From sequence record DRR378314_1069: DNA of 64,000 bases. The stretch is one strand, 5' to 3'. Position 1 is the first letter of the stretch. Each line of letters opens with the position of its first letter. A program made the position numbers and the translations under genes. Shown piece by piece: positions 19,751 to 29,512 of this stretch. The notes under the pieces are model-generated. The model saw only the letters and a program-made list of their open reading frames with translations. It had not been told where the DNA came from and searched no databases.

Positions 19751-21037
19751 ATGAGCACAATTTGCAGGACATGTTTAAAAACTTGGGAGGCACCCCTTTC
19801 AAAAGCTGTAAAACGCTGCCCGGAATGTCGTTCTCCGCGCTTGACTACCCATCCGGAACTGCTGCAACTCACCATCGCCCACATGGACTGCGACGCCTTT
19901 TACGCGGCCGTGGAAAAGCGGGACAATCCAGATTTAAAGGATAAACCGGTTATTGTTGCCCATGATGGCCCTAGAAGCGTTGTCAGTACCTGTTGTTATA
20001 TCGCACGGATGTATGGTGTCCATTCTGCCATGCCGTTATTCAAAGCTAAAAAGCTCTGTCCAGAAGGGCTGATTATCACTCCACGGATGAGTGTCTATTC
20101 TGAAGTCAGTCAGGATATTCACGCCTTTTTCCAACAACTGACCCCAGCAATCGAACCTTTATCCCTCGATGAGGCGTTTCTGGATTTGACGGGTACGGAA
20201 AAGCTCCATCACCGTAGCGCTGCCCAATCCATGGCGAAACTGGCAAAAGACATCCAACAATCCCTTGGCATCACCGTCTCCATCGGCTTGAGTTATAACA
20301 AGTCCTTGGCGAAATTGGCATCAGATCTGGATAAACCCCACGGGTTTTCAGTCATCGGTAAAGCGGAAGCTATAGAATTCCTCGCCCCACGGCCGGTGAG
20401 TGACATTTGGGGTGTCGGAAAATCCCTGGCCCGAAAGCTGACAAGTGACGGGCTCACCTCCATCGGCCAGCTTCAACATAAAGAGAAAGCGGATCTTGTC
20501 GCCCGCTATGGCGTAATGGGAACACGCCTTTACGACTTTTCACGAGGGCTGGATAGTCGCCAGGTGAAATCTGAGCGCAAAGCAAAAAGCATTTCAAACG
20601 AGACAACTTTTGAAACTGATATCGCTGATTTTCAATATCTTCGGGATCGTCTGTGGCCGCTGAGTGAAAAGGTCTCGGAACGGTTAAAACAATCCAGCAA
20701 AGCAGGCAAGACAATCACGCTAAAACTCAAAACGGCGGATTTCAAAACCCTGACCAGAAGCCATACCCTGGATCAACCCACACAACTGGCGGAAAGTCTT
20801 TATCAACAGGCGGTCCAAATGCTGGACAAATTGCAGGGCCAATCCTATAAATTCCGCTTGATCGGTGTTGGAATTAGCCAGTTTGGATCTGTTGAAGATG
20901 CAGATATCCCAGACCTTCTGGATACAAATTCCAGCAAAACCCGCAACATTGAGAACGCCATTGATGCAGTTCGTGCAAAATTTGGCAGCAAATCCATCGG
21001 AAAAGGACGGGGTCTCAAAAAATCAGAGCCGAACTAA
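19751..21037 (+). CDS. dinB: DNA polymerase IV with N-terminal Zn ribbon
   Basis: HMDCDAFYAAVE, SLDEAFLD and KLASDLDKP motifs; N-terminal CRTC...CPEC. Confidence 0.95.
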   Translation: MSTICRTCLKTWEAPLSKAVKRCPECRSPRLTTHPELLQLTIAHMDCDAFYAAVEKRDNPDLKDKPVIVAHDGPRSVVSTCCYIARMYGVHSAMPLFKAKKLCPEGLIITPRMSVYSEVSQDIHAFFQQLTPAIEPLSLDEAFLDLTGTEKLHHRSAAQSMAKLAKDIQQSLGITVSIGLSYNKSLAKLASDLDKPHGFSVIGKAEAIEFLAPRPVSDIWGVGKSLARKLTSDGLTSIGQLQHKEKADLVARYGVMGTRLYDFSRGLDSRQVKSERKAKSISNETTFETDIADFQYLRDRLWPLSEKVSERLKQSSKAGKTITLKLKTADFKTLTRSHTLDQPTQLAESLYQQAVQMLDKLQGQSYKFRLIGVGISQFGSVEDADIPDLLDTNSSKTRNIENAIDAVRAKFGSKSIGKGRGLKKSEPN

Positions 21038-21044
21038 AGGAAGT

Positions 21045-22163
21045 CTAAATACTGGACCGACAAATGGTTTTAATCTCGGCCCATTCTGTTGCATTCATGG
21101 AGGGTTTAAAATCCAGGTCCGGCTGCTCTTCCAGAATTTTAATGCGGTCTTCCACATCAGGATGAGTATTCACCAAATTAAACACTGGGTTAGCCGGCTG
21201 CTTCTTGGAAAGCTCTTTTAGCACTGGGATCATCGGCGTAATGTCATAGGAGAGCCGGCTCATGATCTGCAAGGCTTTGCGATCCGCTTCTTCCTCCACC
21301 CCCCGGCTATACGCGGCCCCAACAGCCATTTGCCCAAAGGCAGCCGCGATCGTCCCGCCAGAGACATCTCCAAGCAGGAAAGACATAATCGTTGCCATCC
21401 CCACATTGGACAGCATCAAACGGGTTGGATGACGATCCATTACATGGGCATATTCATGTGCCAGAATGCCAACCAAGGCGTTCGGCTCATCAATCAGATC
21501 AATGAGACCCGAAAATACCACCATTCGACCACCTGGTAGAGCAAACGCATTGGCCACTTTGCTTTTCACGACAATGATGGAAACTGTTTCAGGCGGTCGC
21601 TTTTCCAACTCTGATGCGGTCAGGACAATCTCTCCCACAGCTCGCTGGAGGACCTTTTCACCCCCGCTTTCCCGGCACACAGCGCTATTTTTATCCTGGC
21701 CCTTGCTGAATTGATCAATGATCTGCTGCTCGACGCTTTGACCAATGCCTGACAAGGTTTTTTGCGGGATCAATTTAGATAGCGGATCGGCAACCCAAGG
21801 AATTCCAAACCATACGAACCCACCGATTAACCCAATCACCGCGACAGTTGCGACAACCGGTTTTAGCCAGTCGTTCGACGATATTTTCCGTCGGGCCCGC
21901 AATTTAGGGGATCGGTCCCGCACCATTTGCACAAGATTTGGATCTGTAAGGCGAAGCCGTGCATTATTTTGAACCGACAGGGAAAGATACAGAGAAGACG
22001 GATCCTCTGGAATATTTTCGTCCCGGATCAGGTTAAATGACCAGGTTGCCACCAAACCACCCGCCGCATCGCGGATTTCAAGCTCCTCATTAAGGATCGC
22101 GACTTTTACAGGTGTCCCGCGAGCTGAAGTTCCATCATAATATTCCGCTGTGGTTGCGACCAT
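21045..22163 (-). CDS. M48 family Zn metallopeptidase, membrane-anchored, with an extra N-terminal domain
   Basis: NAFALPGG, HEYAH (HExxH), YSR..EEEAD and THP motifs. Confidence 0.9.
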   Translation of the reverse strand: MVATTAEYYDGTSARGTPVKVAILNEELEIRDAAGGLVATWSFNLIRDENIPEDPSSLYLSLSVQNNARLRLTDPNLVQMVRDRSPKLRARRKISSNDWLKPVVATVAVIGLIGGFVWFGIPWVADPLSKLIPQKTLSGIGQSVEQQIIDQFSKGQDKNSAVCRESGGEKVLQRAVGEIVLTASELEKRPPETVSIIVVKSKVANAFALPGGRMVVFSGLIDLIDEPNALVGILAHEYAHVMDRHPTRLMLSNVGMATIMSFLLGDVSGGTIAAAFGQMAVGAAYSRGVEEEADRKALQIMSRLSYDITPMIPVLKELSKKQPANPVFNLVNTHPDVEDRIKILEEQPDLDFKPSMNATEWAEIKTICRSSI

Positions 22164-23353
22164 TAAAAGGCACCTACATCCAGAGCATCGGCAAATCCTT
22201 CGCCATATTTTGGCGAGTCGTGGGAGGCGGCAGCGACTTCGTTAAAGACCTCCAAATTATCCGTGTAAATATGCTCACACGCAGCTTTCACCAGTGGAAT
22301 GTATAGGAAAAGATACAGGACCATATCCACAAACAGCAGCGCCCCAAAGAAAAGCAGGATACTGGAGAAGAATGCGGTTTCATTTGCGCTTGCAACGGCA
22401 AGTCCCAACATGATGGAAATGCCGGAATAAATCAGAATAAAAAACAGGAAAGCAATAAAGCCGACTTTGACGACTTTCTTAACCGGTAAATCGGATTTAA
22501 ACTGAGCCCCTGCAAAAGCAGTATGTGATGTCACATAGTTAAAATCGCGCACACGGGCAATCAGGGCCAAGATGCCCGTCAATAACAAGAGACCAAAGTT
22601 AAGTCCGAAAAAGACGATGGCCGCGCCTTCCTTGCCTTCAATTACGGTACGATCCCCCATAAGGGCTGCATCCAAACCTGTCAGATAGGCCAGCCCATAT
22701 GGGATCACCAGATAGGCCGTAAAAGACAGGATAACAGGCCAATAAATGGTGAAGAAATCAACCGCACTACCTGTAAATTTGAACTGCTGATCCCCAAACG
22801 CCATATTATCGATCCGATAGGCGGAAAGTTCATAGCGCATTTTAGGATAGAGCCAACCCAGACTGATCACAGTCAAGGCTCCCCAGATCATAAACTTGAA
22901 GGTATATTTCACTGCAGAACCAGATTGAAAAAACCGGATCGTCCGATAGGATGTCCGGCTTAAGCGGTATCGCCATAATCTGTAGCGCGCAAATTGCCAA
23001 AACAACAGTAAAACTATGAAGTTAATCAACTGACTTGCCCCGTTTAGCAAAGCCGCCATTTGAGGGTTGACGCTGCCAGCGAATAGCATCACCTGCAGGA
23101 GGGCACCGAACAGGCCGAACACCACGATCAGCAATACCATGGCAATCAAAAAACCAATAAAAAGCTCTTTGGCTGTTCCATGATAGACGAGACGGTCTTC
23201 GCCGATCCGCATGGATTGCCACAGGAGGCGCCGAAGATGGGTTTTCCCCCAAAACCGGTAAAAGCCAAAAGTCGGGATCGCCAACAGTTTATTGATCAAG
23301 AGCCGTTTAAAAACGGGACCATTTGAAATATCGAAAGAAATAAAGGTTTGCAT
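22163..23353 (-). CDS. YjgN/DUF898 family inner-membrane protein
   Basis: TFGFYRFWGKT..RR.LW, YHGTAKELF.G and YRLSRTSYR.IRF motifs; multiple TM helices; coupled to the M48 gene. Confidence 0.85.
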   Translation of the reverse strand: MQTFISFDISNGPVFKRLLINKLLAIPTFGFYRFWGKTHLRRLLWQSMRIGEDRLVYHGTAKELFIGFLIAMVLLIVVFGLFGALLQVMLFAGSVNPQMAALLNGASQLINFIVLLLFWQFARYRLWRYRLSRTSYRTIRFFQSGSAVKYTFKFMIWGALTVISLGWLYPKMRYELSAYRIDNMAFGDQQFKFTGSAVDFFTIYWPVILSFTAYLVIPYGLAYLTGLDAALMGDRTVIEGKEGAAIVFFGLNFGLLLLTGILALIARVRDFNYVTSHTAFAGAQFKSDLPVKKVVKVGFIAFLFFILIYSGISIMLGLAVASANETAFFSSILLFFGALLFVDMVLYLFLYIPLVKAACEHIYTDNLEVFNEVAAASHDSPKYGEGFADALDVGAF

Positions 23354-23383
23354 GAAAGCCCCCTCAAGATAACTCGGAACTGA

Positions 23384-24199
23384 TCAGTTACAGGAATCTA
23401 CGGGTAGAAATTCCAGTTGAACAAGTTTCCCTTTCATTGCGAATTCTTGATAATCCAAGATCAAATCAGTTCCAACCCCGTTTTCATACATGTTGTAACT
23501 GACTTTATAATCCGGCTCAGTCTTTTGTTCCGTTAAATCGAAAAAGGACATCTGCACATACCAGGAGGTCTGGTCCGCCATGCCATTAGCCTCGATAATC
23601 TCGGAATTGAGGGTCTGTGGCTTGCCAATAATTGTCAGGCTATCCTGCAATCCATCCGTTCCATTTCCATCATAAACCTTGGCAGAGAGCAGTTTCTTTC
23701 CCTCTTTGGCAGCTTTTAACATTTGATGAGAATGTGCCGTCGGGAAAAGGACATTTTCCGGCAAATCCATTTCAACGATTTCCCCTTCGGCAAAAGTCAC
23801 TTTCCCACCATTGGCGGTTAAATTTGCCGTGCCTTTGAATTCTTCGACCGGACGTCCATTGATGGTGTTTGAGACAGAAAACTGCATGGTGTTTCCATCG
23901 AGTGATTCAAATGTCGATAGGCTGTAATCAGAAACAACTGTTCCCCCGCCGGCATTGCCAATTTCAACCACCGTGCGCTGATTGACGATACTTCCTTCGC
24001 AAGTTCTTTCATACTCCAGAACAATTCGGCCTCGGGCACTTTGAACACCGCTTCCATCATAGGCTTCGGCAAGCCTCAAGTCATATACCGCCCTGTGAGA
24101 GACGAACTGTTCCGCAAAAGCCGTCCCACCGGTTGCCATAAAAATCCCAATGCTCACCAAGGCAAAGGCAGCTTGAAAAATGCTAGTGTTTAATTTCAT
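23384..24199 (-). CDS. eipB: EipB/DUF1849 family periplasmic envelope-integrity protein
   Basis: Signal peptide, SHRAVYDLRL, FESLDG, FPTAH and YENGV motifs, two Cys. Start may instead be GTG 24220. Confidence 0.8.
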   Translation of the reverse strand: MKLNTSIFQAAFALVSIGIFMATGGTAFAEQFVSHRAVYDLRLAEAYDGSGVQSARGRIVLEYERTCEGSIVNQRTVVEIGNAGGGTVVSDYSLSTFESLDGNTMQFSVSNTINGRPVEEFKGTANLTANGGKVTFAEGEIVEMDLPENVLFPTAHSHQMLKAAKEGKKLLSAKVYDGNGTDGLQDSLTIIGKPQTLNSEIIEANGMADQTSWYVQMSFFDLTEQKTEPDYKVSYNMYENGVGTDLILDYQEFAMKGKLVQLEFLPVDSCN

Positions 24200-24327
24200 T
24201 GAAACCTGTCGATTTATCACTCGATGACTGTCCCCTGTTTACAGGTTCGGTCACTATAAACAAGAAAATCCTGCGTTGCAGAACATTCTCTTCATAAAAC
24301 GGAAATAAGGCAAAATAAGGCTACTCG

Positions 24328-24447
24328 CCCGGCAAATTCTACCCAGACATCTAAATATCTCTTAAAAGTGAACTTTCAATAAAATCGCACAAGCAATTGA
24401 AAAATATAGAAAAAAACTCAATTTCATTTCATGGCACATCATTTGCA
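24328..24447 (+). promoter_or_regulatory. sigma54 promoter with upstream ftr-like enhancer and IHF-like site
   Basis: TGGCAC-ATCAT-TTGCA at 24432-24447 is a perfect -24/-12 element. CCCGGCAAATTCTACCCAG lies at 24328-24346 and CAAGCAATTGAAA near 24390. Confidence 0.75.
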
Positions 24448-24527
24448 AATTGAAGACCGTTAGTTTGAGTAATGCGTAAACCACTGGATCGGCGATGCTG
24501 CCCCAGTGTTCTTATTGGGAGTAAGTC

Positions 24528-25253
24528 ATGTCTGATAATTTTTATTCTGGGGTTTCAGCATACGAGCCAAATAATGGTTCATTTGATGGTGAAATTTCTC
24601 CACATCTGCAAGAACTAGCCTCAAAAATAAAGGGTTCTGGATTAGGCGCTGACGAGTTTGATACCACACTCGGCTGGAGTGCCCTTGACCGCGTAATTGC
24701 TTTTGCGGCAAGTGCTGAGCAACATATCGCTGAACAGCAGTCCCGCATTCGCGAACTGGAAAACATGTCCACAACGGATGAGTTGACCGGTCTTGCCAAT
24801 CGCCGGGGTCTGAAGACTTATATGCAAAAAGTCCTCTCTTCCGCCAAACGGTATGACGAAAGCGGTGTTGTTGGCTTCCTTGATCTAAACGATTTCAAGA
24901 TTATCAACGACACCCATGGTCATCATGCAGGGGATAAAGTTCTAAAAACCCTTGCCCAGCTATTGGAAAACAGCTTGAGAGATACAGACTTTGTCGCGCG
25001 GCTCGGTGGAGATGAGTTTGTTTTTATTCTGGAAAAGGCTGACACCACCTGTGGACTAAAGCGCGCAGCGGACATTCGCGATGCCATCAACAGGACCGAA
25101 GTGAAACTAAAAAGAGGAACAGTTCGTCTCTCTTCCAGCATGGGTTTGGCTATTTATAACAAAAACAGCACCTATGACGACCTGATCAAGTCAGCTGATA
25201 AAGCCATGTATGAAGACAAAAAATTCAGTGATTTAGCTTCTCAGGCAAATTGA
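24528..25253 (+). CDS. Coiled-coil plus GGDEF diguanylate cyclase
   Basis: DELTGLANRR, DLNDFKIINDTHGH, RDTD I-site and GGDEF. Confidence 0.93.
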   Translation: MSDNFYSGVSAYEPNNGSFDGEISPHLQELASKIKGSGLGADEFDTTLGWSALDRVIAFAASAEQHIAEQQSRIRELENMSTTDELTGLANRRGLKTYMQKVLSSAKRYDESGVVGFLDLNDFKIINDTHGHHAGDKVLKTLAQLLENSLRDTDFVARLGGDEFVFILEKADTTCGLKRAADIRDAINRTEVKLKRGTVRLSSSMGLAIYNKNSTYDDLIKSADKAMYEDKKFSDLASQAN

Positions 25254-26542
25254 GCATCATTTGCAAAATCGGTTAGATACCGGCTATCCACTTTCAATCG
25301 ATAAAGTTCCCTTGGGGTTCGAACACCCCTCAAGGAATGCAATCCGGCGGCTTCGAAATGATCCTGGCAATGCAGGGCACTGCTGACAAAATCGCCGGAC
25401 AGAATGACATGGGTGTTCAAGCTGTCACACAGCGTTTCCATCCGGCAGACTTCATTTACCGCAGAGCCAACAACGGTGAAGTCCAAGCGATTTGCGGACC
25501 CTACATTTCCATACATAACTTCACCGATATGAAGGGCGACATCGAGCTCCACTATCGGCAAACCGGATTTTTCTCGGCTTTGGTTTAGCTGCCGGATCCC
25601 ATGCATCATATTTTGAATTGAGACCAAAGCGGTCCGGCAAATATCTGCATCTTCGCCGCCCTTCAACTCAAAGGTGGCAAGCATACCATCCCCCATGAAT
25701 TTCAGGACTTCGCCGCCCATGTCCGTGACGGGGTCAGCCATTCGCTCCAGGTACTGATCAAGGGTTGCCACAATATCCTCACGCGCGACCGTATCCACTA
25801 ATTTAGTAAACCCGCGCAAGTCGGCAAAGATCAGCACGGCTGTCATGGATCTTGCGGTTCCCCGCTTGATTTGCCCTGACAAGACTTCCTGCGCCGTTTC
25901 CTGCCCCACATAGGTTTGCAGCATGGTTCCCGCCACTTCAAACGAAGCGATACCTTTGACCGCAAGGGCAAAAAGCGGGATCGCCCGCCTTAAGATCGAG
26001 AAGTCCCGATTTGTAAATCCACCAGGATGTGCCGATGCCCAGGAGGTAATTAATCCAAAGCCAGCCTCAAGCTGATTTTCACCATTGCCCCATCCGAAAT
26101 CAAACACCTGACTAAACCAGTCCGTAAATCCTTCGTCACGGAATTCAACCAGGACCGGAAAATCCAGGTTTTCTCCAGTATCCAACCGGCGATGCATGAA
26201 GGGAATATCTTGACCCAGCATATAGAAAAAGGGGCTTGCAAACCATCCTTCACCCGGCTCATCCGTGTGGAGAAACCGCGTATTGCTGACAATGCCCTCC
26301 CCTTCACGCCACGTATACATAAACGCACTGACCTGTGGGTGCAGGGTGGTCATCGCAATATTGCCGCGGATCAGATGCACACCCAAAGTTGATAGCCGCT
26401 CACACAGCTCCAAAAGAAGTTGCTCAACCGATACCTGGCTCATACCTGCTGAAATCAACCAGGAAAATAATTGTTCTTCCTCATCTTTAGGCGGAAAATG
26501 GGAACATTCCCCAGGCACAGCTAAGTCAGGACGGTCCATCAA
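25241..26542 (-). CDS. Class III adenylate/guanylate cyclase with N-terminal GAF-like region
   Basis: FADLRGFT, KFMGDG and DFTVVGSAVNEVCRME motifs; 13-bp convergent overlap with the DGC. Confidence 0.9.
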   Translation of the reverse strand: MMDRPDLAVPGECSHFPPKDEEEQLFSWLISAGMSQVSVEQLLLELCERLSTLGVHLIRGNIAMTTLHPQVSAFMYTWREGEGIVSNTRFLHTDEPGEGWFASPFFYMLGQDIPFMHRRLDTGENLDFPVLVEFRDEGFTDWFSQVFDFGWGNGENQLEAGFGLITSWASAHPGGFTNRDFSILRRAIPLFALAVKGIASFEVAGTMLQTYVGQETAQEVLSGQIKRGTARSMTAVLIFADLRGFTKLVDTVAREDIVATLDQYLERMADPVTDMGGEVLKFMGDGMLATFELKGGEDADICRTALVSIQNMMHGIRQLNQSREKSGLPIVELDVALHIGEVMYGNVGSANRLDFTVVGSAVNEVCRMETLCDSLNTHVILSGDFVSSALHCQDHFEAAGLHSLRGVRTPRELYRLKVDSRYLTDFANDAQFA

Positions 26543-26778
26543 TCATCTTTCAAATAAAAGCCCGAATAAGGGCCTCGTCAGACAGGGTGAAGTGGATATA
26601 AGCCATTATCGCATAAATATAACCCCGGCTGAAAAAAATATTAGAAAAAGTGATGCATTAGGCAGCAGATAGTTGTTTGGGGTTAAACAATCTGACTTGG
26701 AAAATCCTCTTCATTCTGAAATAATGCCGGCCAAATGGCGATCGGCCGTAAATCAGCAAGAGTGGTAAGGAGAGGCCT

Positions 26779-28251
26779 GTGCAAGAGCTAAAGGCATATT
26801 GGAAAAACTATATCGATGGTCAATGGGTAGATAGCCTTGGAAAAGAGCGGATCACAATCGAAAACCCTGCAACCGCTCAAGTGATCTGTGAAGTTGCTCG
26901 TGCAACTGAAGAGGATATTGATCAAGCTGTTGCCGCGGCCCGGAAATGTTTCAACTCACGAACCCTATATAATATGCGCCCGACCAACCGCGGTCAGCTT
27001 ATGTTCGAAATTGCCCGCCACATGACAGAAATGGCCGATGAAATCGGATATGCCGAATGTCTGGATAACGGCAAATCTCTAACTGGTGGAAAAAATGAAG
27101 CCCTCGCTGCGGCTCGTTACTTTACCTACTATGGCGGACTGGCCGATAAATTAGAAGGACGACTGATCCCGCTTGGCGCGGACTATGTTGACTACACAAT
27201 TCCCACGCCTTTTGGGGTTTCTGCGCAGATTGTTCCGTGGAACTTCCCACTGCAAATCGCTGCCCGGTCCGTCGCCTGTGCCCTTGCAACAGCCAACACT
27301 GTGGTTTTGAAGTCGCCTGAACTCTCCCCACTCTCTACTTATTTCATTGCCGAAGCCTGCGATCGGGCTGGCGTTCCGGCTGGTGCGGTCAATATTGTGT
27401 GCGGGTATGGTCATGACTGTGGGGCGCATCTGGTTGCCCATGATGATATTGACCATATTGTCTTTACAGGATCTTTGAAAACCGGGCAGTCCATTCTGCG
27501 CGCTGCAGCAGAACGTGTCATTCCCAGTGTCATGGAACTTGGCGGCAAGTCTGCAGGCGTATTATTTGAGGATGCGGACATAGATCAGGCGATCAATTCG
27601 ACAGCGGCTGGCATTTTCTCCAACGCGGGTCAGGTCTGCTCCGCCCAGTCCCGCCTGATTGTACCGCGCAAGCTTCAGGATGAAGTGCTGCAAAAAATGG
27701 CGGCCAAAGCTAAATCCCTCTCGATCGGTCCCGGAATTGACGGACATGATATAACCCCTGTTATATCCTCCAATCAGGCGGCAAAAATCGAAGCTATGTG
27801 TATGAGTGCCGAGCAGGCGGGCGCAGAAGCCCTGACAGGCGGGCGTAAACATCCGGAGCTCGCCGGTCACTTCATTGAACCCACCGTGTTCGGTAATGTC
27901 ACCGCCGATATGACCATTGCTCAGGAAGAAGTTTTTGGCCCGGTTCTTTCCGTCCTCGCCTATGATGACGTGGAGGAAACCATCGACCTTGCCAATGGCA
28001 CAGACTACGGTTTGTGCGCAGGTATTTACACCAAAGATCTGGGGCTCGCCCATTGGGCAGCAGACCGCTTGGTCGCAGGGCAAGTCTTCGTCAATGAATG
28101 GTTTGCCGGTGGAATTGAAACTCCGTTTGGCGGAATGAAAAGATCAGGTTATGGTCGGGAAAAAGGACAAGAGGCCCTTCAAAACTACGTACAGACAAAA
28201 AATGTCGGCATCCGCATCACTTCCGGTGGCGGCGGACGCCCAGGTGGCTGA
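26779..28251 (+). CDS. Aldehyde dehydrogenase
   Basis: PWNFP, FTGS, ELGGK, NAGQVC and EEVFGP motifs; AAGGAG Shine-Dalgarno before GTG. Confidence 0.95.
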   Translation: MQELKAYWKNYIDGQWVDSLGKERITIENPATAQVICEVARATEEDIDQAVAAARKCFNSRTLYNMRPTNRGQLMFEIARHMTEMADEIGYAECLDNGKSLTGGKNEALAAARYFTYYGGLADKLEGRLIPLGADYVDYTIPTPFGVSAQIVPWNFPLQIAARSVACALATANTVVLKSPELSPLSTYFIAEACDRAGVPAGAVNIVCGYGHDCGAHLVAHDDIDHIVFTGSLKTGQSILRAAAERVIPSVMELGGKSAGVLFEDADIDQAINSTAAGIFSNAGQVCSAQSRLIVPRKLQDEVLQKMAAKAKSLSIGPGIDGHDITPVISSNQAAKIEAMCMSAEQAGAEALTGGRKHPELAGHFIEPTVFGNVTADMTIAQEEVFGPVLSVLAYDDVEETIDLANGTDYGLCAGIYTKDLGLAHWAADRLVAGQVFVNEWFAGGIETPFGGMKRSGYGREKGQEALQNYVQTKNVGIRITSGGGGRPGG

Positions 28252-28277
28252 TAACAATTCAGATTAAGGAGACGAAA

Positions 28278-28745
28278 ATGGCAGGACAGGTCGAAGCGCG
28301 GCTGACAGAAAAAGGGATCAACATCCCCAGTGTGGCAGCACCCGCAGCAAACTATGTACCCTACACAATTTCGGGAAACCTGCTGTATATATCGGGTCAG
28401 GTCCCGTTCGTGGACGGCAAGATCACTTATCAGGGAAAAGTCGGCCAGGACTACACCACTGAAGAAGCGGCAGCGTGCGCAAAAGTCTGCGCCCTCAATA
28501 TCATTGCTGTTGCCAAAGATGCCTGCGGCGGTGATTTGGACAAAGTGGTCCGTTGCGTGAAACTTGGCGGGTTTGTCAACTGCGTCGATGGATTTGGCGA
28601 ACAACCGAAGGTAATCAATGGCGCGTCCGACCTGATGGTTGATGTCTTTGGGGAAAAAGGAAAACATGCCCGCTTTGCCGTTGGTACAAATGCCCTTCCA
28701 CTGAATGTCGCAGTCGAAGTTGATGCCATTTTCGAAATTGCCTGA
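28278..28745 (+). CDS. RidA/YjgF family protein
   Basis: ANYVP..ISGQVP, INGASDL and HARFAVG..LPL..AVEV motifs. Confidence 0.92.
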   Translation: MAGQVEARLTEKGINIPSVAAPAANYVPYTISGNLLYISGQVPFVDGKITYQGKVGQDYTTEEAAACAKVCALNIIAVAKDACGGDLDKVVRCVKLGGFVNCVDGFGEQPKVINGASDLMVDVFGEKGKHARFAVGTNALPLNVAVEVDAIFEIA

Positions 28746-29502
28746 TCATCCTTGCCCAGACTGGCTGACTTCCTTACCGATTGCCCATCGCGGTTTGCAT
28801 GCAGCTCAGGTAGGGATACCGGAAAATTCACTAGCGTCCTTTGAGCAGGCTATAAATTCTGAAGTTGCCATAGAATTTGATCTGCGTTTTTCAAAAGACG
28901 GTGAAATTTTCGTCTTTCACGATGCGGATTTGCAGCGCATGACTGATCAGACAGGCGCCTTTAATAACCGAAATGCCGAAGATCTTTGCAGCCTAATGCT
29001 TGTCGGTAGTCGGGAGCGAATTCCAACCTTTCGCGAAACACTTGACCTGGTAAATGGTCAGGTGCCTCTGGTGATTGAACTGAAGCCTGTGCCGCAGAAA
29101 CGTGCGCAGACTATTGAACTCGTCCTGCAAGCACTCGCCGGTTATGAGGGCCTTTTTAGCATCCAAAGCTTTGATCCCTTTCTGCTGTTGGAGCTTCGAA
29201 AACAGGCTCCCAGGATCATACGTGGTCAACTCGGCATGAAAGACCCTCCTTTTCAAATGTCGGCATATCGCCGATTTATGCTTCGAACCTTGCCCCTTAA
29301 TTCTTTAACGAAGCCCCACTATATTGGTTATGATGTTCACAGCATTGAAACGGTAGCGGCGCAACGGGCCGCAGGCGCAAAACGGCCTCTACTTGCCTGG
29401 ACAGTCAAATCTGATGCGGACCTTGCCAAGGCGAACCGCTATGCGAACAATGTTATTTTTGAAAACCTGACCCCAGACATCATCAGACAGAAACGGCAAT
29501 AG
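28723..29502 (+). CDS. Glycerophosphodiester phosphodiesterase family
   Basis: IAHRG, PENSL, IEFDL, VFHD, IELK and QSFDP motifs. Start uncertain (28705, 28723 or TTG 28738). Confidence 0.88.
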   Translation: MPFSKLPDHPCPDWLTSLPIAHRGLHAAQVGIPENSLASFEQAINSEVAIEFDLRFSKDGEIFVFHDADLQRMTDQTGAFNNRNAEDLCSLMLVGSRERIPTFRETLDLVNGQVPLVIELKPVPQKRAQTIELVLQALAGYEGLFSIQSFDPFLLLELRKQAPRIIRGQLGMKDPPFQMSAYRRFMLRTLPLNSLTKPHYIGYDVHSIETVAAQRAAGAKRPLLAWTVKSDADLAKANRYANNVIFENLTPDIIRQKRQ

Positions 29503-29512
29503 TCTCTTTTCC

